Counted from the stretch's first letter, positions 27,008 to 37,478 are shown. The stretch: 64,000 bases of DNA from Promethearchaeota archaeon (GCA_030599585.1 JAUVNS010000006.1:192001-256000), one strand, 5' to 3'. The notes: generated by a model not told the origin, from the sequence alone. Made by a program: numbers and translations.

Positions 27008-28375
27008 TTAGTCTCCCCATTGAACAAGACGTCGTTCACCTTCAAGAGATCTTAACCGAGAAAGTTCTTGAGAAACTTCTAACGTTCCAACATATTTTCC
27101 AGCGTCATCATGCATAGCGAAATATCTAATCATTATGAAAGCTTCCCCTGCTTGAATCCAAAATTCTGCTACTTTTTTTTCTCCTGATTTAAACTTCTCT
27201 AAAATATCCTCTACGACATCCACACTATTGGGAGGATGGCATTTTTGAACGCTTCGACCAATAACTCCCCGACTCCTTGGAAATATTCGATCTTCTGTAT
27301 CAGAATAATATGCTACTTTATCGTTCTCGTTTACAAAACTTAAATCTAAGGGTAGGGTTTTCAACATGATATTGATTTGTTCTATGGTTAAATTTCCGAT
27401 GTCAAGGTTGAGAATACCCTCTACTTTTGCAGTTTTCGTTGGGAGAGGTTTATGAAGATCGACAGCAGAAACTGGCTTCCATTGGTCGCCGGGCGTAATT
27501 CCAAATACAAAGCCTATTTCTTCTTCGCCTTCACGAACATTTGTCCAATCAGGCTCGCTAAAAAACTCTAATGTCATTGGAAATAGAATATGTTCCTCTT
27601 TGTAAATCATATCCTCTATTTTTTGTAATGCTAATAGTATTTCTTCACTTTGTGTTGTTTTTAGCAATGGGCGTATCTCATCGTGAACAGCCCACATGAC
27701 TTGTGGTGGCCCAGAAATTCCATGTTTCTCAAGGATTGGAAATAATTGGTTTTCTTTTCGGGCATAATGTATAGTAATCGCCCCTAATTTACGAAATAGT
27801 TCAACTTTATCGGATTCCGGGGCTGATCTAATTTGTCGTATTAAATTTGCAATTTCTAAGTTTTCTTGTAAATAGGTATGGATTGGATGTCCAGGGATCG
27901 TTTCGTACTCTTCTTTCATATTTAAAGAATCTCTAAATAATTCAACGTGTAAATCGCTTAACTTTGTGATCTCTTTCGGATCTAAATGTCCTTCGTCTAT
28001 AAGTTGCTGCTCCAACTGAGCAATTTCATACGATGTTATGTCGCCGACAGCGTCTTTAAATTGAGCTTTTAATATATCAATTTCGACACCTTTATGCATA
28101 TCAAGTAATAGTTTTTTCAACATTTCTTTTCGATCTTTCTCTGGAGGTATATCAGCACTGGCTTCAATAGCACTCTTAACGGTTGATATTATTCGTTCTA
28201 AAGAAACTTCTAATATTACCGCAACCATTTCTAGAGTTGCTTTTTTTCCTATCGTTTTCCTTACGATTGGATTTTTAAATCTCTTAGCTTTAGTAGAAAG
28301 TTTATACAATTCATCGTAAACTAATGGATATTTATCAATTAAAGGAAGTATTTTGGTTGAGTTATTTATTTCCAT
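27008..28375 (-). CDS. DUF438 / hemerythrin-like / PAS_10 protein with a DUF1858-like N-terminus
   Basis: GHPIHTYLQEN, HYARKENQLFP.LEKHGISGPPQVMWAVHDEIR, MIYKEEHILFP; PAS region LPLDLSFVNENDKVAYYS...RIFPRS..VIGRSVQKCHPP. Confidence 0.9.
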   Translation of the reverse strand: MEINNSTKILPLIDKYPLVYDELYKLSTKAKRFKNPIVRKTIGKKATLEMVAVILEVSLERIISTVKSAIEASADIPPEKDRKEMLKKLLLDMHKGVEIDILKAQFKDAVGDITSYEIAQLEQQLIDEGHLDPKEITKLSDLHVELFRDSLNMKEEYETIPGHPIHTYLQENLEIANLIRQIRSAPESDKVELFRKLGAITIHYARKENQLFPILEKHGISGPPQVMWAVHDEIRPLLKTTQSEEILLALQKIEDMIYKEEHILFPMTLEFFSEPDWTNVREGEEEIGFVFGITPGDQWKPVSAVDLHKPLPTKTAKVEGILNLDIGNLTIEQINIMLKTLPLDLSFVNENDKVAYYSDTEDRIFPRSRGVIGRSVQKCHPPNSVDVVEDILEKFKSGEKKVAEFWIQAGEAFIMIRYFAMHDDAGKYVGTLEVSQELSRLRSLEGERRLVQWGD

Positions 28376-28504
28376 TTTTATTCTACTCTTAAACTATATA
28401 TTGTGAGTTGTGTTAACGCTATATACAATTCATATTTCTTTATGAACATTTTCCTAAAAAATAATAAATAAAAAAAAAGTTGGATTATAGAAGTTTTACC
28501 TTAG

Positions 28505-29413
28505 TTATAAGTCTATTTTGCTTAAAATAGCTTTATAGAGATCGTTAGCAAATTCTGGTTGATATTTTAGAATTTTGTAAGAATCCAAAGTTAAGATTCG
28601 AAATTTTAAGATAATTTCATTGCTGTATTCTTGAACGTGAAATCTTGGTCTTGTTCCAAAAATATCGGCATATTTCGCGCAAAGTTCGTTAATTTTATCA
28701 ATTATAATGCGGAAGTGAGTATAAGGTACTCTCATTTTAAAATTGTAGGTGTGTACGATATCTTGGTCGTTCTCAGAGAACGATGTAAAGAAGTTTTTTA
28801 TATCTGTTTCTTCTTGTTTTCTAATCTCTTCGTTGTATACATCAATATCCAACCTTGCATTTCCTATATCTTGAGGAGCCCGAGTTTGTCTTTTGAAATG
28901 GATGTATTTCTTCCTCGATGAGAGCTTTATTGTATAGTTTAAAACTATTGAGGATACAACGTCAGAATTAGAAATTTCGACAATGATACGATCCATAGTT
29001 TCAATAACTACTTTTGTAAGTGTAATAGATTTTATTATGCCTTTATGGCCACTTATTTTAACTACATCGCCAATGTCGAAAGGATCTACTATCCATATTA
29101 GCAATCCGGCTACAAAATTAGAAAACACGCCGCTGAATATAAATGCTAACGCTGTGCTTACTGCCCCAGTTATTATTGCGGAATACTCTGCAGGAAGGGT
29201 AGTAAAAGAAGGAAATCCATTAATTATGAGATATAATAAAATTAAAATTGAGATTATTCTGAAAGCGAATAAAATTTTATTCTTCCTTGCTATTGGGATT
29301 CTTCCTATCCGATTAAATAGAATTGAGAGAAGCTTGTTAAAAATATATAACAAAAAAGCAATTAACACTACAACAATGAGTGCGAGAATGTCATTTTCAA
29401 AAAGAGACTCTAT
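28505..29413 (-). CDS. MscS-family mechanosensitive channel; probable start ATA 29413 (the track gives 29368)
   Basis: ALAFIFSGVFSNFVAGLLI...PFDIGDVVKI.G.KG.IKSITL.K..IET; in-frame extension IESLFENDILALIVV. Confidence 0.85.
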   Translation of the reverse strand: MESLFENDILALIVVVLIAFLLYIFNKLLSILFNRIGRIPIARKNKILFAFRIISILILLYLIINGFPSFTTLPAEYSAIITGAVSTALAFIFSGVFSNFVAGLLIWIVDPFDIGDVVKISGHKGIIKSITLTKVVIETMDRIIVEISNSDVVSSIVLNYTIKLSSRKKYIHFKRQTRAPQDIGNARLDIDVYNEEIRKQEETDIKNFFTSFSENDQDIVHTYNFKMRVPYTHFRIIIDKINELCAKYADIFGTRPRFHVQEYSNEIILKFRILTLDSYKILKYQPEFANDLYKAILSKIDL

Positions 29414-30390
29414 TTTTCATCACCCTCGCTCTCTAATTTTGTTTCAGGGAGACTTTTTTGATATTCTTCCCAGTCTCTATAGATTCTATCAGGGTACAAC
29501 GTAAATAGAATATCTCTTAAAAGTGAATCCAAATAATTCAAAATGATCGTAGGATTACTTGATTTCACATACAGGCGAATACGAACACGTCCGAATCTAG
29601 TAGTGTCAATGGCATAATCGGGCATAATCCCGAATATTGGTTCATAAACTTTAAAAACATTATTTAACATTTCATCAAGAAGGTTAGGATTCAAACGCCC
29701 CAACAGTTCTAACTTCTTAACATAAGTAGTTGTCTTTATTTTGGCAGATAGAATTCTATTAATAAGCTTAATGTATTCTTTGTAATGACGTTTTTTGCGA
29801 AACTCTTCCCTTGTTAATGGTTCAAATATCTTAAATTTGTCGTGAGTAAATTTGACTGTGGTAAAACCATATACATTACTGTTGGGTATAATTATATCCA
29901 CTCCATCAAACTCCCTTATTTTGGTGTAATTTAAATTGATTTCTCTTACAATTCCTTGAATTTCATTTGTTTCGATTAGATCTCCAATCTCAAATTGGTC
30001 CGATGATAATAACAGCGCTCCTGAAACCATATTATTAATAATATTTTTAAAATTTAAGGAAACAGCTACTACTATGAACGGCACTATGGCAAAAAACAGT
30101 GGACGATCAAACTCTATAAGAAACCAGAATAAAAATATGCTCCAAATTATATTTACAATAAGAGATACAATCATTCGATAAGAACGCTTTTTAGATACAA
30201 ACGCAATAATGCTGCTGAGAGGTTTACGTATTATATAAACGAATATATTTATTAGGATTAAAATTTTGACAATTTGCTTCCATGTAGAGAGGTAAATTAC
30301 TAGAATCGCAACGATAATAAGAATTAAATATATAACGAAATAGTATTTTTTCTTCATAATTCTATATCTTGATTTCTCGTTTATAAACAA
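29410..30390 (-). CDS. MscS-family mechanosensitive channel
   Basis: AVSLNFKNIINNMVSGALL...FEIGDLIE...QGIVREINLNYTKIREFDG..IIIPNS. Confidence 0.9.
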   Translation of the reverse strand: MFINEKSRYRIMKKKYYFVIYLILIIVAILVIYLSTWKQIVKILILINIFVYIIRKPLSSIIAFVSKKRSYRMIVSLIVNIIWSIFLFWFLIEFDRPLFFAIVPFIVVAVSLNFKNIINNMVSGALLLSSDQFEIGDLIETNEIQGIVREINLNYTKIREFDGVDIIIPNSNVYGFTTVKFTHDKFKIFEPLTREEFRKKRHYKEYIKLINRILSAKIKTTTYVKKLELLGRLNPNLLDEMLNNVFKVYEPIFGIMPDYAIDTTRFGRVRIRLYVKSSNPTIILNYLDSLLRDILFTLYPDRIYRDWEEYQKSLPETKLESEGDEK

Positions 30391-30489
30391 TTTTTTTTCG
30401 TGGACGAATAAACTATAAATTCTAATCTAGCGTAAGTTTTATTTAACCGAGAATCACAATTCTGTAAAAAATATGAGGCGTACGAGTAA

Positions 30490-30903
30490 ATGATGTATAA
30501 TAATTTAGATGACTTATCACCAGAACATGAAGAGGAACTTAATCTTTTGGAAACACACATTTCAGAATTATTCACACGTCTGGAAAAAAGTGAAATTCAA
30601 ATAGAACTGTTAAAAGATGAGAATTTCCAACTAAAAGCTCAAATCCAAAAATTGCAGCAACAATCAAAACAAGCTCAATATAAAAGCCCTCGAGCTGAAA
30701 CCATTAGAATCCCTAAAGATATTATTCCTACTGTTTCTTCTTCTGATACAAATGTAAGGCAAAATAAAAGAAAATGTCCAAATTGTGGTGCGTCGGGTTT
30801 TTCCATTAAAGAAGTGGACGATAAGACTCGTATTATTACTTATGTCCCAAGAAAAATTTACATGAAAAAGAAAGTATGTACCAAGTGTAGATTTGAGTTC
30901 TAA
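30490..30903 (+). CDS. Coiled-coil + C-terminal zinc-ribbon hypothetical protein
   Basis: Heptad region LETHISELFTRLEK...LQQQ; CPNCG...CTKC.FEF. Confidence 0.75.
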   Translation: MMYNNLDDLSPEHEEELNLLETHISELFTRLEKSEIQIELLKDENFQLKAQIQKLQQQSKQAQYKSPRAETIRIPKDIIPTVSSSDTNVRQNKRKCPNCGASGFSIKEVDDKTRIITYVPRKIYMKKKVCTKCRFEF

Positions 30904-30936
30904 ACCCTTATTCCTTTACTACTGAAGAATATTCTT

Positions 30937-31665
30937 CTAAAATCCTAATGAATTTTTATTTTTCCACCAATAAGGATTAGGGATAGCGTGAAATCGATCT
31001 CTATCAAATAACTTTATTTTGTTTTCGGTTAAAACAAAAGCAACACCACCCAAGAAAGGAACCCAATCTTGGTCCGGAGGTAACCCAAACCACCCATATT
31101 TTAACGCTATTAGAAAGATATCGTGCGTGACATGGATATCTATCCCTCCTTCTTGAGCATCGTTGATTCCGTTCCAAATAACATCTGCCGCATTTTGACA
31201 GTATGATTGAAATGGGAAAATTTTATCAGGAGAATAGAAACCAACTGCCCAACGATACAAAAATTCAAGGGGATTTTCATTTTTAAAAAGATTTAAAAAG
31301 AATTTTGGAGCAGTTCCCGCATGAAATAGCGGAGTTAGCACTCCATTCAAGGTTCCTTCCCCTCCAACGCTTCCAAATCCCGTCAAAATGTCTTCGGCTG
31401 TTTCTTGACAACGTTCGACAACACTATGAAACAATCTAATTGATCTTGATGTAGGTAACTTTTGACCAAAAATTGTAGCGACTTGATGTCCTTGAGGCGT
31501 TAATTTTAACTCAAACATCTTTTCAGACGCTGTAGGATTATTTCTGTGCGAATGTCGCAGAAGTAGAATTATTTTAGAGTTCTCTGGGAATTCCTTGAGA
31601 GCTTTAATAATATTGCGCGTTTGTAATGTCCATTCGGCATTTTCCCAAATGTTTACCCCTTCCAT
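30937..31665 (-). CDS. Histidine phosphatase superfamily protein
   Basis: LLRHSHR (RHG-like), LTPQG, HSVVERCQETA, VTHD. Confidence 0.88.
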   Translation of the reverse strand: MEGVNIWENAEWTLQTRNIIKALKEFPENSKIILLLRHSHRNNPTASEKMFELKLTPQGHQVATIFGQKLPTSRSIRLFHSVVERCQETAEDILTGFGSVGGEGTLNGVLTPLFHAGTAPKFFLNLFKNENPLEFLYRWAVGFYSPDKIFPFQSYCQNAADVIWNGINDAQEGGIDIHVTHDIFLIALKYGWFGLPPDQDWVPFLGGVAFVLTENKIKLFDRDRFHAIPNPYWWKNKNSLGF

Positions 31666-31734
31666 CTTATAAAATTAAAAGATACACTACTAAAAAAGTT
31701 AATTTAAGCTTAAAAGAAAAATTGAGATTATATT

Positions 31735-32286
31735 CTATCTCGTAGGTGGCTGAATATCACCATAAATCAACAATTTATCGACTATAGTTTGAAATAGCAA
31801 ATCCACATTTTCTCCGGTTTTTGAAGAACATTCGAGGTAATCGAATTCTTCCATTACTGTAAGATAAGTTTCTATATCCTTTTTATTAAAAGACCTTTGT
31901 TCTTCTAAGTCTAACTTTCCAGCAACAATAAGCACAGGAAATTTTGGGTTTCTAATATTCGATCCCTCGTTAAATTTCAAAAGCCATTTATCTATATTTG
32001 TAATGCTATCACGCTTAGAAAGATCGCACATAAAGATCGCTGCAGACGATCCTTGAGCATAGATAGGTAAAAGAGAGCTAAACTTATCTTCTCCGGCAAA
32101 ATCCCAAATTTGTAGCGTTATTTTCATAGTTTCCGTTTCTATGAATTTCATCAAAATTGCCGCTCCTAAAGTCGACTTTTGGTCATGATCAAACTTAGCA
32201 GTAATATATCGATTGATCAATGATGACTTACCAACACCTGAATCTCCAAATATACACATTTTGAAGGCTAAATTAAGTTTTTCCAT
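31735..32286 (-). CDS. Ras-superfamily (Rab-like) small GTPase
   Basis: G1 GDSGVGKS, G2 STLG, G3 WDFAGE, G4 variant AGKLD, G5 CSSKTG; no C-terminal prenylation Cys. Confidence 0.93.
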   Translation of the reverse strand: MEKLNLAFKMCIFGDSGVGKSSLINRYITAKFDHDQKSTLGAAILMKFIETETMKITLQIWDFAGEDKFSSLLPIYAQGSSAAIFMCDLSKRDSITNIDKWLLKFNEGSNIRNPKFPVLIVAGKLDLEEQRSFNKKDIETYLTVMEEFDYLECSSKTGENVDLLFQTIVDKLLIYGDIQPPTR

Positions 32287-32451
32287 AACCTGAATTCTTT
32301 ACTAAAGGATTAAATTAATGAATTTGATTTTTAAAAAGTCTTTCAAACACTTTTCTTATACCATACCACAAGGCAAGTATTATACTTCCTTGTAATCAAT
32401 TAAAGTTACATGGGTTAAAAAAATTTACTACTTTAAAATTTAAATTATATT

Positions 32452-33129
32452 CTAAAGATACGGTTGATCTTTTATTTTTTTACGCGCGCCATATTTCTTA
32501 GCTTGTTGATTCCAACCTAAATTTCCCATTTTTGTATAAAGAGTAATAGGTATGAATTTTTTTCCAAAAAGCTCAGTAGCTTCGACTGGAATATCTTTTC
32601 CGTCTGCTAAGGCTTGTGCTGCTATATCAAGCCCTTTTATCACATTTCTTACCATCCCTCCACGCTCTTCCAAGGATCGACCACCGATTGCTCCTCCCAT
32701 TCCAAGCGATAATGCGCCTTTCCACTCAAATCCCACTTCTCTAGAAAATATTTTACAAATTGATACTGCAGTGTTATTATGCTGAGTTTCTGGAAAACCA
32801 CAGTTGATGATTATCGCAAATCCTTGTTTGTCTCGATCTTCTTTTGATTTTCTATGATCAGCTATAAGCTCCAGTGCTTTAATAACTCCCGCAGGTAAAC
32901 AATCAACATAGAGAGGAAATGCTAAAATAATCAAACCAGCTTCTTCCACTTTAGTGAGTAGGTTTTTCTGTCCTTCTTCTTTTCTAACGAGTTTGTAAAT
33001 ATATTCTTTACCAACTGTCAAACCATATTGTTCTAATCGTGAAATTAAGTAATCTCCAAGAGAATTAGATGTGCTTGACGCGCTTTTTGGGCTTCCAACT
33101 AGTAATAAAATGTTATTATTATTATTCAT
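32452..33129 (-). CDS. Flavodoxin-fold NAD(P)H-dependent FMN reductase family protein
   Basis: LLVGSPK...S.S, LAFPLYVDCLP, NCGFPE. Confidence 0.85.
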   Translation of the reverse strand: MNNNNNILLLVGSPKSASSTSNSLGDYLISRLEQYGLTVGKEYIYKLVRKEEGQKNLLTKVEEAGLIILAFPLYVDCLPAGVIKALELIADHRKSKEDRDKQGFAIIINCGFPETQHNNTAVSICKIFSREVGFEWKGALSLGMGGAIGGRSLEERGGMVRNVIKGLDIAAQALADGKDIPVEATELFGKKFIPITLYTKMGNLGWNQQAKKYGARKKIKDQPYL

Positions 33130-33701
33130 AGAATAGCTTCTACCTCTATTATTGCGTTATTAAAATTATCAGTAAAACCTGACAAGTCTTCACCTTTTAA
33201 GGATATTATAGCTCGCTGAAAAGGAGCCCACATATTAATGGCATTTCGAGCAACTAACGTTTTAAATATCTCTTCCTTTTCGGTATCGTGTTTGTCTATA
33301 AGCCCTATACTTAATAAGGACTGTTGTTTTTCGTATCTTTTTGAGTGATGAATCTCTCCATCTACTTTTGTAAAATAAGGTAATACTCGGCCTATTTGAC
33401 GATCTAGGGCTTTTTTTAGAATTGACGAATATCCTCCAAACATAATGGGTGTAAGATAAATTATTAGATCGCTATGAATCATGTCATTTACAATATTTTC
33501 TTCGTAATCTTTAATTACACATTCGCCGGGGGTTTGAACCCAACATCCAAAACAACCAGTACAATAACCAATAACCTTATCTTCAAGACCAATGGAGATT
33601 ACTTCCCAATTTAGATTCGTGAGTTCTTCAACCATTAAATCAAAAATCTTAGTAGATTCGTTATTAGTGGATTTGGTTCCATCTAAAATTAAAGCTTTCA
33701 T
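33126..33701 (-). CDS. Iron-sulfur flavoprotein (Isf / multimeric flavodoxin family)
   Basis: CTGCFGCW..TPGECVIKD; TPIMFGGYSSILKKALDR; 4-nt overlap with the next gene. Confidence 0.88.
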   Translation of the reverse strand: MKALILDGTKSTNNESTKIFDLMVEELTNLNWEVISIGLEDKVIGYCTGCFGCWVQTPGECVIKDYEENIVNDMIHSDLIIYLTPIMFGGYSSILKKALDRQIGRVLPYFTKVDGEIHHSKRYEKQQSLLSIGLIDKHDTEKEEIFKTLVARNAINMWAPFQRAIISLKGEDLSGFTDNFNNAIIEVEAIL

Positions 33702-33896
33702 TTCAAACTTCTCTATAAGTCATTATTATTTTTTTAAATGTAAATTAATATAAAATTTAATATTTCCCGCTTTAAAAAAAATGAATAGACCAATTTTAAT
33801 AATATCTTGAAGAAGTTAAGCTAAACTCTTAAATTGTAGAAAAAAGTCAATTTTAAAATAAGTAAAATAAAAAAAAAATAAAAAAAGAAATTTTGC

Positions 33897-34718
33897 TTAC
33901 TCTGTACTACCCATGATTTTATTCCACTTTTTGGAAGAGATGAAAAACAACCCTACCACAAGGCTAACAACTGGACCCATGATGAACATGGAGAAAGTTG
34001 GGTCCGCACCTTCAAAGAACATGGAATAGAATGCTAAAGGAAACCCTGCCGAAATTGCCAAGAATAATCCAGCCAAACCGGCAACTCGCACAAACTCTTT
34101 CTTTTTGGCTAGGAAAAGCCCTACTGCTACATATCCAAAAATAAAGGATGCAATCATATTCGTAGGCATAGTGAGCATATATATACTAGCTTCACCATAA
34201 TCAGGTATTCTATTTAACATTCTTGTAGTTGCCGCAATTCCGTTTATGAAATTCAGAATGAATGCCATACCAACGCCCAAACCAAGTATTGCTTTACCCC
34301 AAGATTCTTTCCCATTGTTTCTTACTAGAATGAAGTATACCAATAAATTAGGGAAAAAAATCAGAAACCAAGGACCTGGTACCGCTGCTTTACTTTCCAT
34401 AGCAGGAATATTTGGCCACATGGTGGCAAAAAGGGTTATAACTACGGCGATTACACCTACTGAATGAGCCCAATCCTTTTTCTGGTAAAAGCCCACACCC
34501 GCAACTAACCATAATATCCCTCCCAGAATACCGACACCCGCAAAAGCAGGTATGAAAAAGGGAGCTGTAAGTCTGCACTCTTGAGCGGCGGCGGTTTCGG
34601 CAGCCAAAATAGGTTCTAGAAAGAGAAAGATTAATAAATAGGAAAGAAATACTCCTAAAATCCCCAAAATGATGGAGACAAATCCCATAAATCCACTATA
34701 TCTCATTTTTATTACCAA
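33897..34718 (-). CDS. Multi-pass membrane protein, unknown function
   Basis: About 8 hydrophobic segments; the two halves look internally duplicated. Confidence 0.7.
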   Translation of the reverse strand: MVIKMRYSGFMGFVSIILGILGVFLSYLLIFLFLEPILAAETAAAQECRLTAPFFIPAFAGVGILGGILWLVAGVGFYQKKDWAHSVGVIAVVITLFATMWPNIPAMESKAAVPGPWFLIFFPNLLVYFILVRNNGKESWGKAILGLGVGMAFILNFINGIAATTRMLNRIPDYGEASIYMLTMPTNMIASFIFGYVAVGLFLAKKKEFVRVAGLAGLFLAISAGFPLAFYSMFFEGADPTFSMFIMGPVVSLVVGLFFISSKKWNKIMGSTE

Positions 34719-34923
34719 TCCGTTTTTAATTTTATATTTAATTTTTTTTAAAATAAATTATATTTAAAAATAATATGGATTACAATTATATAAAAGTTTT
34801 CACAAAAGTAGAATTTTGATTTCTAAAATTGGGAATTAAGAAAAGATTGTCTGATTTATGCTTCTTCTTCAAAATATCGATTATTTAAAAAAAGTTGGGA
34901 TATCATATATCTATCTAAAAGCC

Positions 34924-35928
34924 CTATTTTCGTCCTATACCAAACAGATGCCCTTTGTATACAAAAACTTTAGCTTCTTTGGCACCTGCTTTAAGTAATA
35001 CATCTTTAAAACCTTCTTCGGAGTAGAATTCTATATCGGTGTAAATATATTTGACCCATTTAGTGAAAATATTAAGAAACGCATGGTCTATGTCTGGCAC
35101 ATTTGTATAGCTGTGAATTATTACAACTCCATTCTCCTTAACAATCCTAAACGCTTCTGACAGAATAGACTCTTTAGATACATCTTTAAAATTAGTGTTT
35201 CTGAAGTGATAAGGGACAAATACTCCGTCAAAAAAATTATCCGATTCTCTGATGGTATTGCTAAATAAAGAAGTATTTTGAACATTCTCCAAGCCCAATT
35301 TATAAATGTTTTCAAAAGCCTCTTTATTAGATAAGATAAATAAATTCTTAGTTAATGTAGAAAAAATGTTTATACATTTAACATTAATAAAATTACTAAA
35401 CCATATATAAAGCATAGTTCCAAATTTCTTATCTTCTAAATCCGAGAGTACTTTTTCTTCAACTACTTCTTTAATGATCTCTGGTAGAAATTTACTCTGC
35501 TCAGCTTCGATTAACCCAAATTCTATAATATGTTTTAGAATTGTGTTAATGAGAATTTCAGTGTATTGAGTTGCTTCAACTGATTCGACTCTATCTTTTT
35601 TATCGTAATTGAACTTAACTAACCCTTTCTTTTCTAAATTGTCTAAACTATAGTAAAGACTTGAACTAGAGAATATTTTATTTGCTTGGATAAAATTTTT
35701 AAATTTTTTTGCCCCAGCGGGAACATCGTTAAAATTAGTTATTTCCGCTACCTTTTGTTTTTCTCTGGTTAAAAATTGCGAAATTTCGTTATATAAATTA
35801 TGTCGAACTACTGGCTTCGTGTGTTTCATCAATAGTTGTAGCATTACCATATCTACAATGGAGAGGTTCACGATATCCTTAATTGAAAAACTATCAATAG
35901 ACTTTTTTTTCTCGGTTTGATCGGGCAT
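34924..35928 (-). CDS. PadR-like wHTH fused to a degenerate class I methyltransferase-like domain (putative regulator)
   Basis: SSSSLYYSLDNLEKKGLV wHTH; C-terminal DNFFDGVF...ILSEAFRIVKENGVVII MTase post-II/III pattern with no GxGxG motif. Confidence 0.6.
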   Translation of the reverse strand: MPDQTEKKKSIDSFSIKDIVNLSIVDMVMLQLLMKHTKPVVRHNLYNEISQFLTREKQKVAEITNFNDVPAGAKKFKNFIQANKIFSSSSLYYSLDNLEKKGLVKFNYDKKDRVESVEATQYTEILINTILKHIIEFGLIEAEQSKFLPEIIKEVVEEKVLSDLEDKKFGTMLYIWFSNFINVKCINIFSTLTKNLFILSNKEAFENIYKLGLENVQNTSLFSNTIRESDNFFDGVFVPYHFRNTNFKDVSKESILSEAFRIVKENGVVIIHSYTNVPDIDHAFLNIFTKWVKYIYTDIEFYSEEGFKDVLLKAGAKEAKVFVYKGHLFGIGRK

Positions 35929-36165
35929 AATCGTTAAATTTCAAGAGCAATATTTTCAATCTCTATTCAACAATTAATTCACTTTTGTTATTAAATTTTA
36001 TTCTTGGGAATCATAAATTCCAAATTTTTTATAGCACCAAAATTCTCTGGAACAACCAACTCAATTTTATGTTAAACCGTTTTAGACGGGTCATATTAAT
36101 AAAATTTAGCGATTATGATAAATATCCTAAATAATTATCATAAAAAAGAAAAGAAAAAAAAACTA

Positions 36166-36633
36166 TTATTTTGAATCTTTCTGATTATCTTTAGCGATTA
36201 TGAGGTTATTTAATATTCTTCTTAAATAATCTTCAAAAGTATCTCTTTCTCCCTCTGTTAGATTGCCGTAAAATACTTCTGTCATTTCTCCAGATATTTT
36301 TTCGTAATCTTCTTTGAATTTTTTACTCTTGTCAGAGAGTTTAACAATAAATTCTCTTCTATCTTTACCAGATTCTCTCGATAAAAAATCCTTTTTTTCA
36401 AGCCGATCTAACATCGTAGTTAATGTAGATTTTGTTAGTTGAGTTTTGATTGAAAGCTCGCGTATAGGTATATTGTCTCGCTGCCAGAGAGTGTAAAGTA
36501 TTCGCCCTCGTCCCGAATTTAATTCGTCAAGACCGTAATCCTTTAGCATTTTATTAAAGATTCTGTTAGTGATTTGGTGAATTTTAGCAATTAAAAATCC
36601 ACTTTCTCGCTGTTCTTGCTTTTCTGGATTCAT
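36166..36633 (-). CDS. MarR-family regulator
   Basis: GRILYTLWQRDNIPIRELS..TQLTKSTLTTMLDRLEKK...DRR. Confidence 0.93.
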   Translation of the reverse strand: MNPEKQEQRESGFLIAKIHQITNRIFNKMLKDYGLDELNSGRGRILYTLWQRDNIPIRELSIKTQLTKSTLTTMLDRLEKKDFLSRESGKDRREFIVKLSDKSKKFKEDYEKISGEMTEVFYGNLTEGERDTFEDYLRRILNNLIIAKDNQKDSK

Positions 36634-37100
36634 AACTTAAAGTTTACCTGTTTCAATTTGTAATAATACCTAGCATTCTTAGGAGTCAATCGCAGTAAAG
36701 TATAATCTGAATCTTCGATTCCTTTTGGATAATATTTCGTCCACCAATCTAACCAAATATTTTTCTTTAACTTGATATCGTCGATGAATTCCACTGAGCC
36801 CCCCAACATAAACCCTTGGAAATTATCTGCGTCACAAAAATAAACGCACAATAAAGGATTATTTTTTAAATGCTCAACTTTTGTCGAAGATGTATTGGTT
36901 GATATGTAGATTGTAAAAATATCTTCTTGGTTTTGAAAAAATTCTGAGAATTCTGGAAACTGTTCCTTGTTTCTTAAATTAAACATTGCCCTAGTTATTG
37001 GAAAACCTTCTGAGTCAATTGTTGTAAGATATGCCGCTTTTGATTCTGAGATTAGTTTTAATGCCGATTTTTTAACTTTTTCTACCTCTTCAAGTCCCAT
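36630..37100 (-). CDS. Pyridoxamine 5'-phosphate oxidase-like FMN-binding split-barrel protein (general stress protein 26 type)
   Basis: LTTIDSEGFPITRAM, STNTSSTKV..LKNNP...VYF, YYPKGIEDSDY.LL. Confidence 0.85.
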   Translation of the reverse strand: MGLEEVEKVKKSALKLISESKAAYLTTIDSEGFPITRAMFNLRNKEQFPEFSEFFQNQEDIFTIYISTNTSSTKVEHLKNNPLLCVYFCDADNFQGFMLGGSVEFIDDIKLKKNIWLDWWTKYYPKGIEDSDYTLLRLTPKNARYYYKLKQVNFKL

Positions 37101-37130
37101 TATTCACACGACCTTGTTTTTTATTTATTA

Positions 37131-37478
37131 CTATAGATATTTTCTTATTTCTTCTAAATTGCGCTTCGCATTTGGATCTTTTTCAAGACTATTTTTTAGA
37201 ATATCGCAAATATAATCGTCACAATAAGCACAATTTTCCAACTCTTTTTCAGTACAACACTTTTTAATGTCGCAGTTATCAACCCAACTAAAATGCCTGC
37301 CTTCTTTACAGCACCCATCGCAATAAATCTCCTCAGGTTTGAATTTCATATTATCACTTGACCATTCTTTTGCGATTTTCTTGATTTCTTCTACATCATT
37401 TTTTTGAGTTGCTAAATAAGCTGGACATTCAGCACAATTAATTCCACAATGTGATAAGATTTTGTCTATAATTGTCAC
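37131..37478 (-). CDS. DUF3795 family Cys-rich protein
   Basis: HCGINCAECPAYLAT...CDGC...CDIKKCC.EK..ENCAYCDDY.C. Confidence 0.88.
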   Translation of the reverse strand: MTIIDKILSHCGINCAECPAYLATQKNDVEEIKKIAKEWSSDNMKFKPEEIYCDGCCKEGRHFSWVDNCDIKKCCTEKELENCAYCDDYICDILKNSLEKDPNAKRNLEEIRKYL

